A stretch of DNA of 64,000 bases from Rebecca billardiae RCC1528 (Eukaryota > Protista > Haptophyta): the NCBI GenBank assembly GCA_965240325.2, contig OZ251244.1, forward strand, positions 682,001 through 746,000, given 5' to 3'. The notes under the pieces were generated by a model, which saw only the letters and a program-made list of their open reading frames with translations, did no database searches and was not told the origin of the DNA. Of the stretch, positions 23,468-35,656 are shown piece by piece (position 1 is the stretch's first letter; each line of letters opens with the position of its first letter). A program made the position numbers and the translations under genes.

Positions 23468-24544
23468 CAAGGGTGGTCAGGGTCGCCGACTCCAGCGGAG
23501 GCCGGCGCCGGAGGTTCACCTCCGATTTTTTGCAGCGGCGCGGCGCGCGGGGCCGCCGCCGCTGTGGCGGGCCGCTCGGGGCGTGCACGGTGTGGGCTCG
23601 TGCGGCCGCTGCCGCGCACGCCGAGCGATCCGGCGCGGGCTCGCGGCTTGTCGATGTCATCGCGCGCCGCAGCGCGACGCGCGCCTTGCCTAGCTTCGCC
23701 TGTCTCGCGCCTTGGCCGCCGTGCACGCGTGCGCCGCCAAACCGCAAGCTCGGCATACCTCTCAGCCGAGTGTGCACGTGCCTTGCGCGACGCGACGCGG
23801 GCATTGCCGCCAGGCGATGTAGGCGTAGTGCGAGCGCGCGCCGTGAAGCCTCGGCACGGATCGAGAGTGTCTTCAACGTCTCGGTCAGCTGTTGACAACT
23901 GCTGACGCATCGACCACCAATGGACATCACGGTCCTCCGTTGAACGATGGGATATCGCGACGCTGCGACTCGTGAAGACTAGTCGAGCGTTGTAGGCAAA
24001 ACGATGAACGCCACTATGACGTGTGTGTGAGCCTTGCGTGACGATGCGACGTGACGATCGCCCCGGCAAGAGAGTCAGTCGTGCAGCTTTCAGCACTGCT
24101 CAACGAACAGACGGTCCACGCGCGTACGCGGCATCGTCTCATTGCTCTCGATCCGCGCCGAGGCTTCACGACGCGCGCTCGCACTACGGCTACATCGCCC
24201 GCTGGCAATGCCCGCGTCGCGTCGCGCAAGGCACGTGCACACTCGGCTGAGAGGTATGCCGAGCTTGCGGTTTGGCGGCGCACGCGTGCACGGCGGCCAA
24301 GGCGCGAGACAGGCGAAGCTAGGCAAGGCGCGCGTCGCGCTGCGGCGCGCGATGACATCGACAAGCCGCGAGCCCGCGCCGGATCGCTCGGCGTGCGCGG
24401 CAGCGGCCGCACGAGCCCACGCCGTGCACGCCCCGAGCGGCCCGCCACAGCGGCGGCGGCCCCGCGCGCCGCGCCGCTGCAAAAAATCGGAGGTGAACCT
24501 CCGGCGCCGGCCTCCGCTGGAGTCGGCGACCCTGACCACCCTTG
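23468..24544. mobile_element. Foldback element, 400 bp arms, CA..TG termini, 7 bp TSD (P-superfamily-like), nested
   Basis: Arms 23468-23867 and 24145-24544. cctcgag at 23461-23467 and 24545-24551. Confidence 0.9.
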
Positions 24545-25216
24545 CCTCGAGCCTGCTCAAGGCCTGCTCAATCAAGTGCGCACAACTGGCTCGCCAGAGG
24601 GCAAAAGGCCAATAGCTACTCCCAATTCCCGAAGGCTGATGATGAATACGCACACGTGCGCCTGATGAATATCGATGATATTCTGCTCGACCCCGTAATA
24701 GCAGTCCATGAACCATATACGTACATTATAATGTATGAAAACGAAGCGGTGCAAATGATGTTCTCCAGTATAGTGGATACGACCCCGACGAAGCGATTTT
24801 ATGCCTGCGTGAACCATACATATGAATACGAAGCGCGGTGCAAATGTTCTCCAGTAGTGAATACGACCCCGACGAAGCCAATATATATCGGTTGGTTACT
24901 TCGCTGATCCCGTAAGGACGTGCAAAAATAGCCTCAAAGAAGCTGACGCTTGTATTGGACTTGTAACCGTCCTACTTCACACAGAAGTGAACTCTCACGC
25001 CCGGCCGTCCACGATTGATTAGGGGAATGTCGTGGGCGCGGTTTTTTTCTCCGTGATGCATCTGTAGAGAGGGTCTCAAAATTCGAAACTCGGTCTCCGC
25101 CAGCCCTAAAAATCGGCCCCCGCGTCCCTTTTTCTTGATCAAAGATCTTTTTGAAACGTGGTTCGGGCCCGCTGGTGCGGGCTCCACGCTGCGCGCTCCG
25201 CCCTGCACCGCGGGCC

Positions 25217-25226
25217 ATAATATATA

Positions 25227-25280
<54 letters not shown>

Positions 25281-25352
25281 TATATATATATCATATATAT
25301 ATATTATATGATATATAAATATATATTGATAATTGATATATATATGTATATA
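25217..25352. repeat. (TA)n microsatellite, partly degenerate
   Basis: Direct inspection. Confidence 0.9.
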
Positions 25353-25847
25353 TAATCCAAGTGCTCCGGAAGGCGCTCGGCCGCGGCGGCATCTGCCGTC
25401 GCCGCCGCGTGCCCCAGGCCGAGGCGGTGCTCCATCCCGGCCCCGCTCCCGTAGGGGGGCAGGGCTGCGGGTGGCGCACTGTCTGACCTGGACGGAAGGC
25501 GCGGACGCATTCTATGTGTCTGTTGCACTCAATGAGCCTGACGCTTGTCGGATGCTGCCACGTCGTTATAATATATATATATATATATTCACGACGTGGT
25601 ATGCAACGGGCAGGCGTCAAAGTCAGCATATATATATATAATTAATAATATCTTGCAGCACGCAACGCCGTCGCCGTCGGCCGGCGTCGGCGTCTCCGGT
25701 CTCACTCTGCGCGCGGCGGGCGTCTGCCGACCCTGCGTCCCGTCGCCGTGGACCGTGATGATGCCGCTGACTTGCTGATGAACTTCTACTGCGACTCGGA
25801 AAGACAAGCTCGACGACGCGCGAACGTGATTCGATCGCGCCTGCTAC

Positions 25848-27524
25848 TCACGACGACTCGGCGGCTAGGCAGCCTGAGCCAGCGGCGCGACGAGGCACCT
25901 GGCGTTGCTGCTTGCTGGGTCTCGGCCTCTCAGCGCTCTCGCCGTGCGCGCCGCCGTCCCGCCCCGCGTCCGACGCGCCGACCGGCCCCGCGCCGCCGCC
26001 GTCGTCCGCGTTCGAGGCCCTGGCGCCGCTCCCGGGCCGCAGCAGCAGTGAGGGCTGTCGCAGCAGCGCGGTGTCCTGTGGCGGCAGGTGGCGCGTGGGC
26101 GCGCGTGCGCGAGCGCGCGCGTGCGCGTGTGCATGCGTGCGTGCGTGCGTGCGTGAGCAGCCGCGCCCTCGGAAGCGGCGCGCGCGCGCGCGCGCGCCGC
26201 CGCGCCGTACGGGCGGCGGACGCGCGCGCACCTCGCCGACTGCGCGCAGCGACGAGGGCTCGGAGCGCGCCGCTCGGAAGCGCCTCAGGAACTCGTCGCG
26301 CGGAATCACGCTCGCGCCGAGCTTCGACTTATATTCGAATTCCTGCCCCAAGTCCCAGAAATCAAAGCCGGCGAGCTCGAGCACGCGCGCGGTGAGCACG
26401 AGCTGCACGGTGCCCGAGCCGGACGCCGCCGGGCTGTGGAAGCCTGCGGGCGCGAGGCACGAGACGCGCAGAGGCCGACAGGCGAGTCCGCGCGGTGATG
26501 TGCGCGCGAGGGCGACGAGCGCGCGCGCGCGGCGCGCGCATGGCCGCTGCAGTTGTCTTGGTTCGCATGCCTGCCCGCGCAGGGGCGCCCACGTGCGCGC
26601 ACGCGCGCACGCACCCGAGAAGGAGGTATAGCAGCGGCCGTTCACGCAGCCGATCTCGCCTGCCACCAGCTCCCCCGCGCTATCCCACAGCTCGAACGAG
26701 GCCATGGCTGTGTGCGCGGCGGCGCGGCGCGCGCCGCCCCCGGCGCTGCTGCTGCTACCACCCGCCACGCCGCGCGCGCCGTGCGCAGCTGCGGCGCCCG
26801 AGCCGTCTGCGTCGGGCCGCGCGGCGTGGTGCTCTGGGCGCGCGCGCGCGCGCTCGAAGAGCGTGGTGAGCACCGCGCGCATCGGCGGGTGCAGCCAGTC
26901 CTCGCCGTGCTGGGCGATGCAGCCGCTGACGACGCGATCAAACGCTCGGCTCACCGAGAGCGTGAAGCAGCCCGCGCGCTTGCGCGTCGACTTGCCCACG
27001 TGCAGGCTGGCGAAGTCGAGGACGCACCGCCGCGCGTGGAGCTTGGGCAGCAGCACGTACAGCCCGGTGCCGCCCGCGATCTCCGTGCAGATCGGCAGGA
27101 ACCCCTCGAAGCACAGCCGCTCGATGAAGCGCGGCGCAAAGCTGAGCGACCAGCAGAAGTCACCGTGCAGCGCGTGCTCGAGCCCGCCCGCGATCTTCCG
27201 GCGGAGGTCGCGCCGGTCGCGCAGGTACGGCCGTATCGCATACGACGGGATCTGCTGCACGATCAGCCCGTGCACGCGCTCGCGCGGGTACGCCGCCCAG
27301 TGCGCGCCCTGCGCAGGCTCCCCCTCGCCGTCGTCGTCGTCGTCGCCGTCCTCCTCGGCGTCGTCGTGCTCGCGGGCGTCGGCGCGCGTGCCGACGTCGG
27401 GAGCGCGAGGTTCTGCCCGGTCCCGCCGCCCTCGATGCGCGCCCGCGTCCGACGGCGCAGCGTCGTGCCCGCCTCCATCGCCCTCGTCCGCGGCGGCCGC
27501 CGCCTGCTCGGTATCCCCCGCCAT
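25848..27524 (-). CDS. Leucyl/phenylalanyl-tRNA-protein transferase (Aat/ATEL1-like) homolog, 3 exons
   Basis: EGFLPI, LLPKLHARRCVLDF, AFDRVVSGC..HGEDWL, SFELWD..LVAGEIG..YTSFSGF, GTVQL, FWDLGQEFEYKSKLGA..IPRDEFL. Introns 26444-26614 and 26076-26231. Confidence 0.85.
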   Translation of the reverse strand: MAGDTEQAAAAADEGDGGGHDAAPSDAGAHRGRRDRAEPRAPDVGTRADAREHDDAEEDGDDDDDGEGEPAQGAHWAAYPRERVHGLIVQQIPSYAIRPYLRDRRDLRRKIAGGLEHALHGDFCWSLSFAPRFIERLCFEGFLPICTEIAGGTGLYVLLPKLHARRCVLDFASLHVGKSTRKRAGCFTLSVSRAFDRVVSGCIAQHGEDWLHPPMRAVLTTLFERARARPEHHAARPDADGSGAAAAHGARGVAGGSSSSAGGGARRAAAHTAMASFELWDSAGELVAGEIGCVNGRCYTSFSGACARARTWAPLRGQACEPRQLQRPCARRARALVALARTSPRGLACRPLRVSCLAPAGFHSPAASGSGTVQLVLTARVLELAGFDFWDLGQEFEYKSKLGASVIPRDEFLRRFRAARSEPSSLRAVGEVRARPPPVRRGGARARARRFRGRGCSRTHARTHAHAHARARARAPTRHLPPQDTALLRQPSLLLRPGSGARASNADDGGGAGPVGASDAGRDGGAHGESAERPRPSKQQRQVPRRAAGSGCLAAESS

Positions 27525-27921
27525 GGGAGGAGTGCGCTGTGTGCGCACCTGCCTGCTGGGACTGAGCTTTTCTGTCGATGCAAGCAAGATCCGCCGCAAA
27601 AAGAAATGGGCGGCCTGCCGCACTTTTCAGTCTTTTCTCCGCCGAGTCTCTCGTCTTCAATCTTCATTTTCCCAAAGCGCAGATTTTTCGCCCGGCACAC
27701 GGCGTCCGGTCGCTCGTCGTCGTCTTGCTGGCGAGCGGCGGTTGCGTTGACGGAACCAGCTCGAACCAAGCAGGCTGGACTGGCTCCGGATTGGCCGGTT
27801 GGCCCTGGACCACGTCGTCGCGCGCTGGGCTGATTGGCTGTCTGCGCACGGCGGCACTCGTTGGACGGCGTCATCGGCAAAGCGCCGACCGATCTCGCGG
27901 TTGATCGGCGACTCGGCGGCG

Positions 27922-30625
27922 ATGGGGACCCACCGGGCGCGGCTGCTGCTCGTCGCGCTGGCATGGTGCTGCGCCTGTGCCGTGGCGGCACGCTCTGGGC
28001 CTGCGTTCGCGGGCGCGAGGCTCCGCGCTGTCCACCCGCTCGCTCGCGCGCGCCCGGTCTCGCTTGGGCACGCGCACCGCGTGCACGCCGCTGCCGCGCG
28101 CATGAGCTCGGCAGCGACGCCGGCGGATGACGGCGCGAGCGGCGAGATCGAGTCCACGGGCGCGACGCAGGCCAAGGGCACGTTCGCGAAGGAGATGAAG
28201 AAGGTGCTCCCGCTCGGCCTCATGTTCTTCTTCATCCTCTTCAACTACACCATCCTGCGCGACACGAAGGACGTGCTGGTCGTGACTGCGCCCAAGTCGG
28301 GGGCGGAGATCATCCCGTTCCTCAAGACGTACGTGAACCTGCCCGGCGCGGTCGCCTTCACCGTGCTCTACTCGCGGCTCACCAACCGCTACTCGCGCGA
28401 GAACGTCTTCTACATCTGCGTCGTCCCATTCATCCTCTTCTTTGTCGCGTTTGCGTACTTCGTTTACCCGGCTCGGATGGCTCTGCACCCGAACGCGCTG
28501 TGCGACGCGCTGGCGGCGTTGCTCCCGGCGGGCTTCGGCGCGCCCATCGGCATCATCCGGTGCGCCGCGCGCCGCTGCGCGACGGCACGCGGCTTGCGGC
28601 GCGCACCAGCACACCTGCCCGCAGCGCTCTCGCGCGCGCGCGCTCGCTCACGCGCGCGCGTCGCGCCCTCCGCGCCGTGTGGCCGATGGCGGCGGCACAG
28701 CAACTGGACGTACGCGGTGTTCTACACGATGGCCGAGCTGTGGGGCTCGGTCGTCGCCTCGCTGCTCTTCTGGGGCTTCGCCAACGAGGTGACCACCGTC
28801 GACGAGGCGAAGAAGTACTACCCGCTTTTCGGGCTGGGAGCAAATGTGGCCCTGATTTTCTCCGGGCAGGTGTGCACGCGCGCGCCCGCAGCGCACGTGC
28901 GCGTGTGTGTGTGCGTGCGTGGCGGTGCGCGCGCGTGTGTGCGCGCGTGTGTGCGGCAGTGTGTGGCAGTGCGGCAGTGCGTGCGTGCGGCGGTGTGTGT
29001 GTGTAGCGGCGCGCGCGTGTGCGCGCGCGCTGGGGGCGGGGAAGGCGGCTGGCGGCAGCGCAGGCCACGGGAGTGGCGTGTGCTCTGGCCGCATGGGACG
29101 CGCCGAGGCGCGCGGCGTGGCCCCCACCCACCCACCGCCGCGGGAGCGCGCGTACCCGCGGCGCCACACGGCCAAGCTGTGCGAGCGCTCACGCCCACGC
29201 CGCCGCTGCGCGCGTGTGCGCGCGCTGGTGCTCGCTCGCGCGCGCGCGCCTCCGCCCGTCCCCGTCGTCACCGCCGCCCGGTGCGCGCGCAGTATGTCCG
29301 GTACGTCTCCGGCCTCCGCCGGACCTGGGGCGCCGCGAGCGGCATCGACCCGTGGGGCCGCTCGCTCAACTACCTGATGAGCGCCGTGGCCGTCTCGGGG
29401 GCAGCCATCCTGGGACTTTTCCGTTACATCCAGACGCGCGTGATCACGGACCCGGACTGCATGGACGTGACGCAGACGAAGAAGGCGAAGACGAAGACGA
29501 AGATGGGGCTGCGCGAGAGCGCGGCCTACCTCGCGCAGTCCAAGTACATCCGCAACCTCGCGATGCTCGTCATCGCGTACGGCATGTCGATCAACATCGT
29601 GGAAGTTTCCTGGAAGTCCAAGCTGAAGCAGGCCTTCCCCAACCCGAACGACTACTCGGAGTTTATGGGAATGTTCTCAACCGTCACGGGCGCGGCGACG
29701 CTCGTGATGATGCTGCTCGGCAGGCGCATCTTCAAGGTGTTCGGCTGGGGCGTCGCGTCGCTCGTCACGCCCCTCGTGCTCGCAGCGACGGGCGGAGCCT
29801 TCTTTGGGTGCGCGCGCACGCGCGCGCGCGCAGCACGCGCACAAGCGCACAAGCGCACAAGCGCACGCGTAGGCGCAAGCGCACAAGCGCCCAAGCGCAA
29901 GCGCCCAAGCGCAAGCGCCGGGCCGCCGTGGCCCGGCGCGCGCGCGACGCCTGCCGCGTCTGACGGCACTCGCGCCCCCCCCCCACGCGCCGCCCCATCC
30001 GGCGGCGATCTCGCTGCGATCTCGCCGGTGGCGACGCCGCCGGCTCGCCGTGCGCGTGCGCGCGCCTCACCAGCCTGATCCTCTTCAACGACGCGCTGAC
30101 GCCGTGGATCGTCGGCACGCTCGGCACGACGCCGCTCATGCTTGCCGTCTTCTTCGGCGCGGCGCAGAACATTCTGAGCAAGTCGTCCAAGTACTCGCTC
30201 TTCGACCCGTGCAAGGAGATGGCCTACATCCCGCTCGACCCCGAGAGCAAGACCAAGGGCAAGGCGGCAGTGGACGTGATTGGCAACCCGCTCGGCAAGT
30301 CCGGTGGCTCGCTGATTCAGCAGGTGACGAACGCGTGGCGCCGCCGCGCGCCCGCGGCCTCGCGCGCGCCCTTCCGTCGCCGCCGCCGCCGCGCTCACAG
30401 CTACCGCCACCGCGCGTGCCGCCGCCGCCGCTCCTCGCTCCCCGCGACGGTCGCCAGGCGCTGATTTTCGCCCTCGGCTCACTGGCAGCCTCAACGCCCT
30501 ACCTGGCGATTATCCTGGGTTTGGTCATCTTCCTATGGATCCGCTCGGCGCGCGTGCTCAACGTCATGTTCAACGAGGCCATGGTGAGCGACGGGCAGGG
30601 CGGCGGCCAGGCCGCGGCCGCGTGA
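27922..30625 (+). CDS. NTT: Plastid-type ATP/ADP nucleotide transporter (NTT/TLC family), 5 exons
   Basis: [56 protein letters not shown]. Signal plus transit-like presequence. Introns 28560-28700, 28870-29292, 29808-30073, 30324-30457. Confidence 0.95.
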
Positions 30626-30993
30626 GCCGCTCGGCGGGGGGCCAGGGCGCTGGCTCGGCGCCGCTGGAGTGCTCAGCAAGCGGGTTGGAGGCGGTGGGAG
30701 CGAGCGCGCAGACGCTGGCCGGCGCGCTCTGCGGTCACGCTGCACGCCGGCCGACCAGTCGCGCGCACCGCTGTGCTCCTCAGAGTCCCCAGTGGTCCGC
30801 CGGCACGGGCCCGAGGCCGAGACCGAGCGGGGGCTCGCATCAGCCCGAGGCACGCGCTGCATAGGAGACTGCGGCGAGGCCGCTGAGACGCGCGTCGCGG
30901 ACTCATTCGAATCTGCGCGATGCGTCGGCCCATAATATATATATTATTATTTTTAAATTAACAAATTATATTTAATGACCGGACTGACTGCGG

Positions 30994-33715
30994 CACCTTG
31001 AAAAAACGCCACCAGCGTTCGCGGCCACATTGAGAAGTTTTTCACGGCTCATTGATCGACGCTAAGCACGAATCCACCATTAAGGCAGGTCGGCCAAGGG
31101 AATCACGTCCATCGATTCGCGACCAATCAACAGACTCCATTCGATTTACTCATGATTCCGGAGAGGCTGGTAATGCGGGTAGATGAAATCGCGCCTTCTG
31201 GTTGGACAGCCGTCTACTATCGTTCCTTCGCGGCATCCAATCATCTGCAACTCTCAAACGAAGAACAGGGGCCCAGGTCTCTTTTCGCGAGCTCGGCGGA
31301 TCGAAAGCGGGCGCTCGCCCCTCCGAGCGAGCGAGGCTCGCCATCCACCTGCGCCGGCGGGCCTGTGTGCGAATCAAGCCTCGACGGGCGTCGGCCAACC
31401 CGTCGGCCACAGGATGCCCACTTTTGCCCGTTCATCGGCCAGTGGCCGACTACGACGAATAAATGAATAAATGAATACATATAGATATATATTCATTCAC
31501 CCCTTTTTCTTTTTCGGCAAAAGATTATTCACCACTCGGGCAGAACGTATGGTACCCCAAGGCCCAACGAGGTCGGCTTGACTCTCTGTCTGGGCATGAT
31601 CTCGTCGCAGAAGCTGCTTGCAGCCGACTACTGTGCTGCGGCAGCCACCGCTCGGCCGCTCGCCGCGAGGCTGCCGCAGTCGCCGCGTCGGCAGACGTGG
31701 TCTGCGTGAGACGATGCCGCAGCGCTGCTGGCAGTGCAAGCGCGAGCCGTGGCAGAAGTAGGGGTCGTGGGCGCGGGCGTGGGCGCGGTAGCGGGCGTGG
31801 GTGCGGCCGCTGACTCGCCCTCGGAGTCTCGCCGGGCTCGCCGCCTGCTGCACCTCGCGTCCTTCACTCGCCGGGCCGGCGCGCAGAATCGGCAAATACA
31901 TCGCAATAATATAGACATAGTCGCCTGTAACTGATATAGTATATCAGATTAACACACACAGGCACACACACACACCTGCCAAGCTCGGTCGAGACCGCCA
32001 CTGGGGCTCAACAAGTCCACCAGTTGGGTCGGCCGAGCCCCGGGGCCGCCCTCTCGAACTACGACCGTGCAGAGTCGGACAGTGCTGCAGCCCGCGCGGC
32101 GTGCTCACGCGGCCATCACGCGCCGGCGCCGTGGCCGTGCCGTCCGGCGCGGCCTACGAGTACGGCGGTCCGGCCGCCGGACGGCCATCGGCCAATACCC
32201 ATCGGCCAGAGATGGATGGTCGACCGCTAACCATCGGCCATGGCCGCCTAGCGGCCAATATCATCGGTCATGGCCGGCCATATAGGCCTTGATTCGCACA
32301 TAGCGGCGGGCGGCTGGTCCACGCATCGCGTGAGGTCGTGCAGCCGTTGCGTTGCCCTGCTGTGGGCGTGTGCTGCCTGGGCTGCGGCAGATCAGCACTA
32401 TGCTTCAGCCTGCCACGCAAGTGCTCCTCCTTGACACCGTCTCCGGGTCTGGAAGTCATGCGCGCCGGCCCCGAGCGCCCGATCCGCTGAGCCGCGTGTC
32501 GGCATGGCGCAAGCGTGCGCGCGCATGATGCGCGACACTGTGAGTCGGTGTCGCGGCTGCCATCGACGAATATAGCTCTTCATGGGCGCATATGGTGGTA
32601 ATCCGCCCGACGTCCGCCGACGCATTCACTTGCAGTGGAACGAAGGCTTGCGCGCTCTCACTCACTCCGAGCCCGCGGTCCGCGCGACTGTTCAGCTTTT
32701 GGCCTGTCTGCGCAGACGCGCGGGCGCGTACTGGCGAGAGCGCGTTAGGGCTGCTTAAGCTGCAGAACAGTACTACGCTTGTCTTCGCCGCACACCCGCT
32801 CCTCCTTGACGACGTCTCAGCGTCTCAAAGCCATGCGCGCCACCCGTTGCGGACAAAGCGGAAGCCGAGTCCAGTGAACTATCAGCGGCGACTGCGCACG
32901 CGCGTGATGAGCGACAGGGTGGACTGCAGGCGTGACCACTACAGGCGAATGCAGCCTTACTTGGCACACATTGAGCCGCCTGAATCGTATCCACCCGTAG
33001 ATTTGTCGCGCACCAAAGGCGTGCACGCTCTCAAGCCCGGCGCCGTCATTTGACTTCCGAGCAAGGTTCTGTGCGGATGGTCGTCAGCTCTCTGCAGAGA
33101 CGTGTGGGCCCAAGCTGGCGCGAAGGATCGCGCGGTAATCAGGGCGACGCTCGTTCACGTCCCACAGCGGATGCCCCCCCTATCTCTCTCACTGTGCACG
33201 CGCACTTCTCCCTATTGACGTGCTACCGCCGAATGACGGGCCCTGTCTGCCTTCCGCTCGCGGTTGCACACCGCCGCGTGCAACCCTTGGAGACCCGCAG
33301 GCGGTGGGAAGGGAGAACGCTCGCAGGGCGGCGTCACGCGTGATGCTGTTCTGCCGCAGCCCATGCAGCGCGCGCCCACTGCAGGGCAACGCGGCGGCGG
33401 ACGCGTTTCGTGCGGCCCAGTACAACGTGACGGTGGCGGCGGACGAGCGAAGGGCAAAAAGGCGAAAAGCGCCGCCGCCCCCGGCCGTCCTCCAACGAAG
33501 ACCCGCGCGGCTAGTGAAAGGGTCCACTCCCGAAATCCCTTTGCTGGAGCTTGCGCATCTGCGGCTTCGGCGCCTATCGTCCGAGATTCGCACGCTTCCC
33601 AGCTGATTATTGCCGCAGGTAAGTGCACCTTAGGCGATCAAAAAATGAGCCCTATGCAGTTCACGTGAGAACGAATGTAGAGGGCCACGGACGCTGGTGG
33701 CGTTTTTTCAAGGTG
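30994..33715. mobile_element. TIR element with CACC..GGTG termini (CMC/Chapaev-like), decayed interior
   Basis: ~33 bp TIR caccttgaaaaaacgccaccagcgtycgyggcc at both ends. No TSD seen. Broken reading frames at 32900-33600. Confidence 0.75.
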
Positions 33716-33970
33716 AACCCGCCGAAATCTAATTAATATCTATATATGCGTTCAATTCGGATACCTTACTAGGCTCAGGCAGCAGCGTCTCGGATTCTGT
33801 CTGCCGTGTGCGTCTGCGGCGACTCACAGTCATCAGCCTGCTTCACCGCCGCGGCAGCGGGCCGGCCGGTCCGCGCACGGGCCCCGAGCGCCGAGTGATG
33901 ATCGGCGGCCCGTAATGGCGGGGATCATCGATGAGACCGCGGACTGGCGGAAACGTCAGAAGTGCGCAGA

Positions 33971-34822
33971 TCACGACAAGAGCGCCGAGCTTGCGGCCCA
34001 CTGAAACGGTTGCGGCACCGCGTGCGCCAGCTGCGCCTTTTGCCAGGCCCAGACCCGCTCTGCGCCCGCGGCCGCGAGGTGCGCGCTGCCCGTGCCGCCA
34101 TGCGCCTCTGCGCCTGAGGACAGCGCGCTGCACTCGCGCGCGTTCAGCCAGTTGGTGGCGAAGTCGGCGGGGATGCCCAGCAGCTCGCAGCGCTCGACCG
34201 CCGCGATACGCTCGTCGATGCCAAGCACCGCCGCCGCCGCCGTCGCCGCCTGCGGTTGCACGCACGGCTGCACGCGGCCGCCCACCGGCTTGGGCGGGAG
34301 CGGCGTGAGCCAAACGGACGCGTCACGCGCCACGCCACGGCCTTGACTGGAGTGATCGCGGCTGGGGGTGGCGTGGGGCTCGCCGAGGGAGGCCGTGGCG
34401 TGAGGCGCGAGTGCCTCGGAGGATGCGCTTGTGCTCGCGCCGCTAGCCGCGTCGAGCGCCGCCGGCGGGAGCAGCACGGGCGGCGGAAGCGGCAGGGGTG
34501 TGGGCGCATGCGTTGGCGTAGCCAGGCTGGCGCCGGCTGCCGGCGGTGCGGGCAGTGGATACGGCTGCGAGCGTATTCTCGCGTATTGCGTCGATCGCGA
34601 CGGCGGCTGCGGGCACGCCCTCACGCTGCGCATCGGCCTGCGCTCGGGCGTGTGGCAGCCGTCATGGCGTGACGAGCGTGCTCGCTGGGCCAGCGGCTCA
34701 TCAGCCAGCGCCATCTCGGCGGCTGGGTGGGACGGGATCCGACGGACGATCTCGGGTGTCTGGCACTCGTTGTTGACGCCGTCTGCAGGTGCATCTCGGC
34801 CTTCGCCCGCTCCAGGGCGCAT
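33971..34822 (-). CDS. Hypothetical protein (~283 aa)
   Basis: ORF with ATG and a protein-like C-terminus (LGIDERIAAVERCELLGIPADFATNWL). Divergent from BolA. Confidence 0.5.
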   Translation of the reverse strand: MRPGAGEGRDAPADGVNNECQTPEIVRRIPSHPAAEMALADEPLAQRARSSRHDGCHTPERRPMRSVRACPQPPSRSTQYARIRSQPYPLPAPPAAGASLATPTHAPTPLPLPPPVLLPPAALDAASGASTSASSEALAPHATASLGEPHATPSRDHSSQGRGVARDASVWLTPLPPKPVGGRVQPCVQPQAATAAAAVLGIDERIAAVERCELLGIPADFATNWLNARECSALSSGAEAHGGTGSAHLAAAGAERVWAWQKAQLAHAVPQPFQWAASSALLS

Positions 34823-35656
34823 GGCCGCGTCGGTCACCTGAGGGCTTCTCACGCCCTTACCTGCCGACGACAGCGACGGCGGTGAAGGGTCGTAGGATGC
34901 TGGAGTTGGCGGGCTTCTCGTGCTGCGGTGGGCGGGTGGGCGTCACGAGGGCCTCTCAGCAGAGATCGGGGCATGTGCAGGTCTGTCGCCGGGCCGGTGT
35001 GTGGGATGTTGATCTCGATCGACGTACAGCTCACTTTCGTACTACTTTACTGTACCGTACGTAGAGTCGAGAGAGAGATGAGAGAGAGAGAAGAGAGATA
35101 CAGACCAAGCGCTCGGCAAAGCGGTGAGGTCACATTGGCGGGCCTCGGCCTTTTGCTACGAACCGTCACCCCAAGCCCCGCGGCTGCCTTTTTCAATAGG
35201 AGCCAAATTCGTATCAAAGTTCTCATGGAAGAACCACTTACATCCCAGCAGGCTTGCCATATGTTGATGAGTTCATTTCAGTTTCGTCGCGTCCATCTGT
35301 GACTCACCTGCATGCCATCGGCGAAGTCAACAAGCATGCACTCTTGAACAGCGCCAATCCCATTTGGTTTCGGCACGCAAGCCTGACGAATCAAGCTATT
35401 ACGTGGGTTTGTTGATGAAACTTCGACCTGGGTGCTCACGACCCAAAGCGAGTGAACGAACATTTTTACGACCGCAGCAGTGCTTCCTTTCCCCGTCCGG
35501 CGGTCGGACCGGCGCAAAAGCAGAATGCCAGCAAGCCGATTATGAAAAAAGACGGCGGAATTTCCGCGAGGCATTTTCGATTGTTGGATTTGGCAGCACA
35601 CGCCAAAACAAAATGATCACGCGCGAAGTGCTTCCGTGTGGTCCGGCGCGTCGAGA

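Larger units (their letters stand above)
22322..25216. mobile_element. DNA transposon-like element, copy A (ends shared with 61365-62964)
   Basis: ~200 bp left end (accgcgttccgcggtccttttccgtagaacgaacg) and ~220 bp right end (gagagggtctcaaaa...caccgcgggcc) recur in the same order at 61365 and 62740. AT on both flanks. Confidence 0.75.

Noticed and set aside
28560-29292. In-frame, stop-free introns suggesting regulated retention
   Set aside because: Expected from base composition. Other introns in the window are not multiples of three.
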